DNA of 64,000 nucleotides. Origin: Paraspadella gotoi (taxonomy: Eukaryota > Animalia > Chaetognatha). The notes beneath the pieces are model-generated. The model did not search any database. It was given only the letters and a program-made list of their open reading frames with translations, and was not told the DNA's origin. Within the stretch, counting starts at the first letter, position 1. Every line of letters begins with the position of its first letter. This document shows positions 53,729-64,000 of the stretch, in pieces. The stretch lies in NCBI GenBank assembly GCA_051294375.1, contig CM119267.1, positions 16,036,105 to 16,100,104 of the forward strand, given 5' to 3'. Made by a program: the position numbers and the translations under genes.

Positions 53729-53731
<3 letters not shown>

Positions 53732-55084
53732 CTTTTTATCTTTTCCCTTCACGAATGACGTGCCGATGACATAGTGGCGCCGCCCGATGACTCGCGATAA
53801 CGCTTCAACCGTGACGCTGAATATCGCTCGTGGCGTAGGAGACTGTGACGCTTTTCGTGGCGCCATCAATCTTGACGCGCTCGACCACAGAAGTTGACCA
53901 CAATTCCGAGATTTGTAAAATGACTTCGGGAGTGTCTTGGTTTTGTCATTTAAATTCATAGTTTAAAAAAATTAAATGCATATTTGTTATTTGTTTTTCT
54001 TCCATCATCACATTTAGGATTTCATCACTTATTATTAACTATTAACAGTTTATTACTGTTTATTATAAATGCTCAATTCTGCTTCTCATTTCGCTCGACG
54101 TTGAGAATCATTTTAAAATTTGAGCTACAAAATCTGCAGCTCAATCATGACAAAGTTTGAATTTAAATTGCTGGATAATTTTTAACATGGGTCCTTTTCT
54201 CCATTGCATTGGTCAGCCCATTCAGCAGCAGTAAACGCAGCCATGTCGTATCGCCGCAGCGCCGCAGCGACGACGCTGCGAGGCCGCAGCGGCGACGCCC
54301 TCAAAGCAGGTCGCCTCGTGTCCACTTCCGGTTTGGGCTCCTTTTTACGGGCCAACCGCTCTCGGTCCCCCCCTTCCCCTCCCCNNNNNNNNNNNNNNNN
54401 NNNNNNNNNNNNNNNNNNNNNNNNNNNNNNNNNNNNNNNNNNNNNNNNNNNNNNNNNNNNNNNNNNNNNNNNNNNNNNNNNNNNNNNNNNNNNNNNNNNN
54501 NNNNNNNNNNNNNNNNNNNNNNNNNNNNNNNNNNNNNNNNNNNNNNNNNNNNNNNNNNNNNNNNNNNNNNNNNCCTTCCCACATCATAAAGTACCTTCTA
54601 GTCTCTGATTCATTCGAGGTTAGGGAAACATTAGAAGGAGAGGGTTGAATCTTGCGCCCGGCGATGGGCGGTCGGAGGGGGGGGGCGGGTTGAGGGGTTT
54701 AGGGTTGTGATCGCCCCTTTTAGAAAGAAAATTGGTTTGGGTGGTTGGACTCATAAAAGGCGGACCATGAGAAAGTTAAAGGGGAGGTGGTTATTGTCTC
54801 GTTCAAAGTACCTGGACTTAACTTACCTGCATTTAACATTAAATAATCCAATATGGAAAAATTGCTCCTAAATATTCAAGAAGCCAATGATAAATCATAA
54901 ATGAAAAAAAAATGAAGAGTATTTTTAAAACTGGTATTCTAACATATAATCTACTTGGAAAAGTTACAAAATTACGTAGAATTTGTTAAATCTGGTTTCC
55001 AGTCTACGAGAATTGACTTTAAGTTTAACCATAATTTGCCCTGTGACTTTTCCCAATGTCGATCGAAAGGAGTGGATCCAAGCA

Positions 55085-55270
55085 AAAACGGAAAGTCGAA
55101 AGTCAAAGCCGAAAGCTAAAAGTCGAAGCCGAAAACCGAAAGTCAAATGCTAAAAGTCAAAATTCGAAAGCCAACGGCTGAAAGCCAAAAACCGACGGTT
55201 GGAAGCTGAAACTCAAATGTAGAAATCCGAAAGCTGAAAGTCTAATGTCGAAAGTCGAAAGCCGAAAGAC
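55085..55270 (+). repeat. Degenerate ~7-bp tandem repeat (CGAAAGY)
   Basis: gaaagtc / gaaagcc / gaaagct / aaaagtc units in tandem. Confidence 0.75.
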
Positions 55271-55829
55271 ACACAGCGGAATTTCGAAAAAAAAAAAAAN
55301 NNNNNNNNNNNNNNNNNNNNNNNNNNNNNNNNNNNNNNNNNNNNNNNNNNNNNNNNNNNNNNNNNNNNNNNNNNNNNNNNNNNNNNNNNNNNNNNNNNNN
55401 NNNNNNNNNNNNNNNNNNNNNNNNNNNNNNNNNNNNNNNNNNNNNNNNNNNNNNNNNNNNNNNNNNNNNNNNNNNNNNNNNNNNNNNNNNNNNNNNNNNN
55501 NNNNNNNNNNNNNNNNNNNNNNNNNNNNNNNNGGACCAGGATTTGTCCCAAAACCTAATTGAATTGGAACGTACTTCATATATCCTAATAAAACGAACTC
55601 AAACTGCGGATAAAATTGGGAATGGAAATTAAAGAGAAGGACTGAGACCGTGTGAACGGCGGGCCGAGGCTTCACATTCCACCCAACTTAAAAATGAAAA
55701 AAAAAATAAAAAGAATGATTCGGTTTTACTCAAGACTTTTCCCTTTTTTTTTATTCCGGGATTAAAGAGACTTAAGTTTTGAATTTTTTTCTTTTGGCCG
55801 TCGTCGTCGCCCTCTTCGTTTTCTTTTTC

Positions 55830-55940
55830 TTCGTCTTCGTCGTCGTCTTCGTCGTCGTCTTCGTCGTCGTCTTCGTCGTCGTCTTCGTCGTCGTCTTCGT
55901 CGTCGTCTTCGTCGTCGTCTTAGTCGTCGTCTTCGTCGTG
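55830..55940 (+). repeat. 12-bp higher-order repeat (TCTTCGTCGTCG) x~9
   Basis: A TCT variant occurs every fourth triplet of a TCG run. Confidence 0.9.
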
Positions 55941-57710
55941 GTTTAACCAATAACCAGTCCGTCTTTCTCGAATTCAATAATAAAGCATTTTTTTAAAAAG
56001 ATTTTTTGTTAAAATAAATTTTCTTCTCGAGGAAGTAATTCCTTTGAAGGAAATCCGGTTCGAGACGCCGGTTTAGTTTGGCGATACCAGTAATGACATC
56101 TATCGCGACATTTTCAAGCCGTGACATCGTCTGTGACAGTGGAGGTCACTGGTGACCTTGACCTCGAATCGCGCCATCGATCTTAATTCAGATTGAGAGA
56201 GACTGAGACAGTTTCGGTGATCTAGATTTTTTTTCTTGTGATTGTGACATGAGCGGTGACATCATTTTTTTTGTCGTCAATTACGACAGAGAAGATAAAA
56301 AAGCCTCTGTCACGTAGCAAGGGGAACAGCAACGGGGCTTCCTGCGGCAGATTTGGCCGTGGCGACGGAGGGCTCGCGGGTTAACGTGACAAGTCGTGAC
56401 GGCATGANNNNNNNNNNNNNNNNNNNNNNNNNNNNNNNNNNNNNNNNNNNNNNNNNNNNNNNNNNNNNNNNNNNNNNNNNNNNNNNNNNNNNNNNNNNNN
56501 NNNNNNNNNNNNNNNNNNNNNNNNNNNNNNNNNNNNNNNNNNNNNNNNNNNNNNNNNNNNNNNNNNNNNNNNNNNNNNNNNNNNNNNNNNNNNNNNNNNN
56601 NNNNNNNNNNNNNNNNNNNNNNNNNNNNNNNNNAAAAAAAGAATGAGGTCAATAAAAATTTTATTTTTAAAAATCTATTTAGATAATAAAATGAAAAAAC
56701 AAATGATAGGGAGGAGGAAAGAAAAGAGTACTGACAGTCAGACAGTCAGCCACAGAGAGTCAGACGTTTAAATTTTCTTTCATTAAAATCTTAGACTTGG
56801 AATTGGCTAAGGAATTTCGCGATTAAACAAAAAAATAGTAATCCGATGTTTAAACTGAACTNNNNNNNNNNNNNNNNNNNNNNNNNNNNNNNNNNNNNNN
56901 NNNNNNNNNNNNNNNNNNNNNNNNNNNNNNNNNNNNNNNNNNNNNNNNNNNNNNNNNNNNNNNNNNNNNNNNNNNNNNNNNNNNNNNNNNNNNNNNNNNN
57001 NNNNNNNNNNNNNNNNNNNNNNNNNNNNNNNNNNNNNNNNNNNAAATAATAACTAAAACAAAAACGTTTTCTAATTTATTACGAAACAAAAACAGAGGAA
57101 GAAAACGAAGGAAAACATTTTCGGTGGAAGCGAAAGTCGGAAGCGGCGGCGTGGTGCGGCGGAAGCGGCGAGATGGCGCGGAAAATCGAAAAATTTTTCC
57201 CGCCGAACAACAATGCCGGCGATAACGACGACGACGAGGATAACAACGACGAACGACGACGAATAACGAGGACAGGAAAACTCGTCGTCCCGTAAATATG
57301 ATTGCTCCGCGCAGAGTTTGCATCAGAATGGCCCCTTCATTCTCGACGACGACGACGACGACGACGACGACCATGAAGCCGACGACGACGAACACAAATA
57401 ATCCATAATTGGGCAGAATTGCTCCCCGTCTTCTCGAGCAATGGGGGAGCCACGCCTACCCGAATTTTCCTCCCTCTCGCTCTCTCTATCTCTCATTGGC
57501 TTTGGATATTTNNNNNNNNNNNNNNNNNNNNNNNNNNNNNNNNNNNNNNNNNNNNNNNNNNNNNNNNNNNNNNNNNNNNNNNNNNNNNNNNNNNNNNNNN
57601 NNNNNNNNNNNNNNNNNNNNNNNNNNNNNNNNNNNNNNNNNNNNNNNNNNNNNNNNNNNNNNNNNNNNNNNNNNNNNNNNNNNNNNNNNNNNNTCTCTCT
57701 CTTTCTGGCT

Positions 57711-57790
57711 CCGGAAGTGACTCCGCTCGTCTTCGAAGAAGCAAACGACATAAAATTTTGTGTGAATCGACCATAAAAATGGCGGCGCTA
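57711..57790 (+). promoter_or_regulatory. Candidate promoter: ETS motif plus YY1/Pho motif
   Basis: CCGGAAGTG at 57711-57719 and AAAATGGCGGC at 57776-57786 in CpG-rich sequence. No downstream exon identified. Confidence 0.3.
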
Positions 57791-59351
57791 TCTGATTGCA
57801 TTAGAATAAAGCCACTGTGGAGATGAAGACCGAAGAGCGATAACCGGAGAAAAATATGGCACAGCGATTCTTTGTTGTCGCAGTCAACGCAAATGCGGGC
57901 GCTATACTTAATAATTCGAATAAAACTTAGGTTTTATTAAATCGAAAAGCGCTATTAAGAAATCGTTGTCGAGGTTGAAAGAACATTTCGCGTTATTGGT
58001 CGACGAATATCTAAATTTTTGCAACTTTAAGGGTTTTGTAATTTTTGGAATCGAGGGTTGCCACAACTGTGGTTATCGAATTCAGTTGGCCACAAATTAA
58101 TGTCGATCGACCGATATTTAACGAGTTTTTAGATTCTTACAGGGTCGGAGANNNNNNNNNNNNNNNNNNNNNNNNNNNNNNNNNNNNNNNNNNNNNNNNN
58201 NNNNNNNNNNNNNNNNNNNNNNNNNNNNNNNNNNNNNNNNNNNNNNNNNNNNNNNNNNNNNNNNNNNNNNNNNNNNNNNNNNNNNNNNNNNNNNNNNNNN
58301 NNNNNNNNNNNNNNNNNNNNNNNNNNNNNNNNNNNNNNNNNNNNNNNNNNNNNNNNNNNNNNNNNNNNGAGAGAGAGAGAGATTTTTTCCAGCCTCTCGC
58401 AACCAAGTCGAAAAGGACGGCTTCTGCTTATTTCACGCTGTTTTGAATCCAAGACAAACATCGACGACGACGACGACGACGACGACAGACGCACCAATGG
58501 TTATATCTTCAACGGCGATGGAATCGTTGCATAATAATTAATTGCTTCCTCAGATGGAACCAATAAAAGCAATTTCGGGTTCATCGCCGAAAACAACGAC
58601 GATCGGGACGAAGAGGATTGAAATTTTGCTTTCTTAGAAATATATTTGGAATGAAAATGTATGCGAATTGGTATACTGTTATTAAATCGGATGAATTGGT
58701 AATATAATTTATAAACCCCCCCCNNNNNNNNNNNNNNNNNNNNNNNNNNNNNNNNNNNNNNNNNNNNNNNNNNNNNNNNNNNNNNNNNNNNNNNNNNNNN
58801 NNNNNNNNNNNNNNNNNNNNNNNNNNNNNNNNNNNNNNNNNNNNNNNNNNNNNNNNNNNNNNNNNNNNNNNNNNNNNNNNNNNNNNNNNNNNNNNNNNNN
58901 NNNNNNNNNNNNNNNNNNNNNNNNNNNNNNNNNNNNNNNNNNNNNNNNNNNNNNNNNNNNNNNNNNNNNNNNNNNNNNNNNNNNNNNNNNNNNNNNNNNN
59001 NNNNNNNNNNNNNNNAAAGAAAAATAATGGGAAAGAAAAGAGCGAAGTTTCGATTTGACAGAATCGAGTTTCTTGGATTTTTGTTTCTCATCCTCGGATT
59101 TTCTTACTTCTTCGTTTCAGAAAAAAAAAAGGGGGACGGTTCGAGCGAAAACAAAAGGCTGACGCTGGTCACTCTGCTCTTGGGTCAAATCGGTGGTCAC
59201 TGCAGAGAGTTGGCGGTCGTTGCTGTCGGTTAAAAAAATGGTGGTCAACGAATCGCGGACCGGGAATAAAATACGAGATTTTAAAAGAACAAAGAGTAAA
59301 AAAAAAAATTTGAAATTATTAAAATTTCAACGTTTCTGTTTTTGAGTTTTA

Positions 59352-59412
59352 ATAACTCGGCCAGAGTAAATTTCTCCTGATATTGGCAGGTCCCAAGTTC
59401 GTGCCCTCGTCG
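59352..59412 (+). mobile_element. Possible degenerate tRNA-derived SINE head
   Basis: A-box-like TAACTCGGCCAGAG followed at tRNA-like spacing by AGGTCCCAAGTTCGTGCCC (variable loop and B-box-like). No cloverleaf. Confidence 0.25.
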
Positions 59413-60989
59413 ACCTCAAGGGAAAAAATAAGAAAATTTGTCAAAATGTACGTTTCGCTGCCTATTTTTTTTTGGTATTGCTTTGTACTTACTGATAAAA
59501 AAAAAAAATATTTAACTTGTCAACAAAAATTTTAGGCCGAATAGGAAAATCGCTCTTCGTTCGAAAAAGGAAAACTTAAGGGGAGGACGACATCCAATTC
59601 TGTTAATTCGTGCATAGTTTGCATGGGAAAACCCCTTGTTCCCCTTCAACAATCATCTATTTCCGAAGTTTAGACACCGAGACTGTTGACAGCGTTCGGG
59701 TGGGATTAAGAAAATCGGGAAAAAAAAACAATTTTGAAAAATAATTAAATAACCACTGCCAACTTCGAGGTTTACAAGTATAGTTCCAATACCATTACCC
59801 CCACGGTGAGGAGAAGGAAGATGGTTTTATTACGTTCCCAGAAATCACGGTTGGAATCCTTTCACGGTTGTAAAAATAACCTTATACCGTATTATTTGGT
59901 CCCCGTTAGAAAAAAAAAAAACTTTCCCCAAAAAAAAGGACCTCGCAAGCCTGCCCTTCAATGATAAACCAAATATTTTTTGAAAATGGCGACATAACAA
60001 AAAATATTTGGGATGCGGAATGATAAAAAAAAAAAAGAGAGGAAGGAGAGAGACGAAGAGAGAGAAGAAGAGAGAGAGAGAGAAGAGAGCCGGACACTCG
60101 GTTTAACTCGTTTGAAAGTTGTTTTTTTTTCGACGTCCACCCGCCCGGACCCAGTTCGCGCGTTTTCGAGACCCGTTGCTCGTAACCTTTTGAAAGTTTG
60201 AACGATGGAGATCCCCGACGAATGTTTCGCTGAATCTCGAGATAGATCATGAATTAAAAAGTCCCTCACGATGAATAAAAGGGCCAAGAAAAAAGAGAGA
60301 AAACTTTATTGTTACCCCAATAAAATCCCGTTAAAAACCAATATTCGGAACGGGGCAAAGGTTAAATGGTGATCTTAAACAGCACCTACCCAGAACGTCT
60401 TCTCTCTCCTCTCTCTCCTTAAATTGACCAACGGCCATGCAAAAGAACGCTAAAACTAACTGATATCGTGAGCTGAGAGAGAGAAAGAGACTTAGAGAGA
60501 AAGGAGAGGAGAAAGAGAGAGAATGAGAAGAGAGAGAGAGGCCGGGAGAATATATTATAAGGGTTAAGGCATAACATTTAATCACCTAGTGACCGGTGGT
60601 AAAAAAAAAGGAATACAAATTTTTTGTAAAAGGTGAATGACGGAGGGAGGAGTTCCCGCCCACGGAGACGCCCAAAATTAAGTCCCCAACTCTCGGTTTA
60701 AATAAAATCTTTAATCCCGTTTCCTCGGCAAAAACCCCTGCCGTGATTCCGGTCCAAAGGGTTGGAAATTTTTGCCGTTGCCATCAAACCGCCGTTATTA
60801 GGGTCATTTGTTCCTCGACGATTGTTTACTCGTTGCCCCCGCAACGGCCCACCGAAATGCAGCGGTCAAGTAAGTTATTCTTTTCACATTTCTTCAAAAA
60901 AAATCACGAAAATCTTCAGATGTAAATTTGGGATTTTGCTATGAAAAAACGAACGCATCACGCAACCGAGCATCGCTAGAGAGAGAGAG

Positions 60990-61103
60990 GAGGACACAGA
61001 GAGACACAGAGAGACACCCGAGAGACACAGAGAGAACCCGAAAGGAACAAACAGAGAAGACCACAGAGAGAACAGAGAGACACAGAGAGACACAGATGAG
61101 ACA
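60990..61103 (+). repeat. Degenerate 10-bp repeat (GAGACACAGA)
   Basis: gagacacaga units interspersed with variants. Confidence 0.75.
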
Positions 61104-62479
61104 AAGCAATTAACATTCATTTTTTTTATTTAAATAATCAAAAAACCCTATATAATAAATAGTCTTGGGATTATATAACCAAAACCCAAATTAAAGGCCA
61201 AGTATTTTAAAGATTTTCTGCAATTTCTCTGACCTAAAAGTCCCTAACCAAAAAAAGAGACACTTCCGAAAAAGTGACACCTATTTAAATAGTGGTTTTT
61301 CTTAATCCCCCTATACTAGATTGATATTTAATTTATAAAACAAACCAATTACCATCCGGTCAGTTACACATTGGCACATTTGCCGCATGAGCTGTCCACT
61401 GTCCCGTGATGTGCTTTTCGTTCCCGATGGTTTGCATACTAAAATTGATATGTACAATAGTCGGCCAATATTTTTTCTAACATTTTTACCCTAAACACAT
61501 ATTTTTATTTATGTTTTATTTATCATGTTTACTTTAAATGTTTATAAAATTTGCATTTATAAATACTGTGGAATAAAAATACCAATAAATCCTAAAATCC
61601 CGCTTCATAGGCAGGAGCATCAGGGAGGCAAGGGAAGGAATCGTCTGGCTGAGGAGTGAGCTCAAATTAATAATGGCCCGCAAAAGTAAATCTTGAAATT
61701 TTTGTTTCGTCTTTTCTAATAATCTGATAAAAAAATTTTAAATTGTTCCATTTAAGCTGTTAAAAAAATTATGTTTCATTTTCACTCAAAATTTTTTAGA
61801 TTAAATTGAAATATAATCTTCGGTTTGCAAATTGCAATTTTACTGCGGATTCATTTTAGAAAACCCATAGTAGTTGACTCACTTACTTGTGATTCCCATG
61901 ACCTCATGATGAGGAGATTAAACTTTGGCTTTCTACCGTAAAAAACTTATCTTGAAGAAAAAAATATAAAAAAGTTTTTGCTTCTGTTTCATTTTCTTTT
62001 CATTTCAATTCAAATTAAAAAGAAAATCTGATGGTTTTTAGGGTATCCTCATTGACCGGAAACCCCTTTTGAGAGTCGGAGATCGGAGGTTTGAAAACTC
62101 GGAATCTTCTTTCAGGACACACAGAAAAAGCGCTGTAATCTGCCCCTAAATTTCAAATCAAATTCAATCAATTAAATTTATCAATCAGCATCCCCGGCTT
62201 GTTATCAATTGTCGTCGCTCGCCAAAAATGTCGGTTATTTTTTTCATTGAAGAATAGGCCCAAAAAATGCCAAGCATCTGATCAAAAATAAATTAACCAG
62301 TGGCGGCACCAAAACATGCGTAAATCGTGTTCAAGGGTTAAAACTAAACCTGTGACCTGTAGTGACAATAATATGTTTTTTAAATTGCATCATTTCTTTT
62401 TACTTATATCATTTTTTTCAACTTTCCATATTTTTTTCAACCTTTTTCAATTTTCACCTTTTCATCTTTTTTATTTTTT

Positions 62480-63657
62480 CTCAACTTGCATAATTTTTTT
62501 TAACTTGGCCGCAATAAATTTTTTTCCAGCTTGCCCATAACTTTTTCTTTAACTTTGGCCATAAATTTCAGCCTTGCATAATTTTTTTAACTTGGCATTA
62601 ATTTTTTTTCACGCTTGGGCAAATTTTTTCAACTTGGCATAATTTTTCAAGAACTTTGCATAATTTTTTCAACCTTGCCCCATAATTTTTTTCAACTTGG
62701 CCATAATTTTTTCAACCTTGCATTAATTTTTCCCCAACTGGCCATTTAATTTTTCAACTTGGCCATAATTTGTTCAACCTTGGCCATAATTTTTTCGAAC
62801 TTGGCCATAATTTTTTCAACTTGGGCATTAATTTTTTCAACTTGCATAATTTTTTCTCAACTTGCCATAATTTTTTTCAACTTGCCATAAATTTTTTTTC
62901 AACTTGCATAATTTTTAAACTTGCCATAATTTTTTTCACTTTGGCAATAATTTTTTCCAAAACTTGCATAACTTTTTTCAATTGCATATTTTTTCAATTT
63001 GCATAAATTTTCAACTTGGCCATTTTTTTCAACTTGCAACCCAATTTTTTCAAAACCTATGCACCAATTTGTTTCAACTTGGCCACAATTTTTTTCAACT
63101 TTGCATAATTTTTTCAACTTGCATAATTTTTTCAAACTTTGCATAATTATTATATATAAAACCTTTGCATATTTTTTTCAACTTGCCATAAGTTTTCACT
63201 TGCCATAATTTTTTTTCAAACTGCAAATTTTTTCAACTTGGCATAATTTTTTAATTTGGTATAATTTTTTCAACCTGTGCATTAATTTTTTTTTCAACTT
63301 GGGCATTAATTTTTTTCAACCTTGGCATAATTTTTTAACTTGCCAAATTTTTTTCAACTTGCAAATAAATTTTTTTTCACACTTGGGCAATATTTTTTTT
63401 TCAACTTGCATTAATTTTTTCACTGCCCATAATTTTTTTAATTTGGCTATAATTTTTTCAACTTGCCATAATTTTTTTTTATAACCTTGTATAATTTTTA
63501 TAATTTTTGCCACCCCTTTTTCAACTTGCACTTACTTTTTTTCAACTTGCATACTTTTTTTTAAACTTGCATACTTTTTTTAACTTGCATACTTTTTTAA
63601 CTTGCATATTTTTTTAACTTGCATACTTTTTTAAACTTTGCATATTTTTCAACTTGC
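62480..63657 (+). repeat. Satellite array of ~19-20-bp unit CAACTTG(G/C)CATAATTTTTTT, roughly 55-60 copies (estimated from length)
   Basis: Continuous tandem array. A shorter AACTTGCATACTTTTTT variant occupies ~63530-63657. Confidence 0.92.
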
Positions 63658-64000
63658 TGTTAATAAAAATCAATTAAAAGTTTTTATAAGAAAAAAATAA
63701 TCGAAAAAAATGACAGAAAAAAAACGACCCAAATTCAAGGGTAAAGTTAAAATCGCTAAAGCGATTTTACAATTCATTCATTCACTATTGATTATGCTTT
63801 TTTTTGCACACTTTTTTTCCATCCCGAAGCCCCCTTTGCTGCAGCTCCTGAAGCAGCGGGACTCAAGCAGACACACCAATACTTCTTCTCCCCTTTTGCT
63901 GCCTTCAATCGTCCGCCCTTTATTGCCTCACTCGTTTTGTGTTCGCTCTCATCGTCGCATGCCTTCCGGTCATCGTCATCGTTTTTGTCGATCCCGATCC

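Noticed and set aside
62316-63531. Phe/Asn-rich and Lys/Cys-rich short ORFs
   Set aside because: Translations of the 19-20-bp satellite.
61612-63850. CAGGAGC...GCTCCTG as TIRs enclosing the satellite
   Set aside because: Only 7 bp match well and there is no target-site duplication.

Overview
AT-rich eukaryotic DNA, probably from an invertebrate animal (inferred from repeat content only), in a gappy draft assembly. I can support no intact protein-coding gene, rRNA, tRNA or CRISPR array. Almost all ORFs in the track are translations of (GA)n/(CT)n, (GAC)n/(GTC)n, poly-A/T or N runs. The first ~34 kb is mostly redundant. Block A (2518-5185) recurs at 14962-17185. Block B (5820-11770) recurs at 22441-28020, partly at 28465-31040, and partly inverted at 17270-21320. 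Most breakpoints lie in GA/CT microsatellites, the copies differ mainly by 1-bp indels, and five gaps are exactly 25 N, which points to allelic or raw long-read gap-filling redundancy more than real duplication. The redundancy exposes two TIR-flanked, AT-rich insertions that each have an empty-site copy in the window: ~18447-20673 (left TIR starts CACAATG, Transib/RSS-heptamer-like) and ~31192-33767. The remainder holds two DINE-1/HINE-like non-autonomous Helentron elements, several mini- and microsatellites, a ~1.2 kb 19-20-bp satellite, and CpG-rich islands with clusters of candidate transcription-factor motifs. I found no convincing novel multi-gene system.
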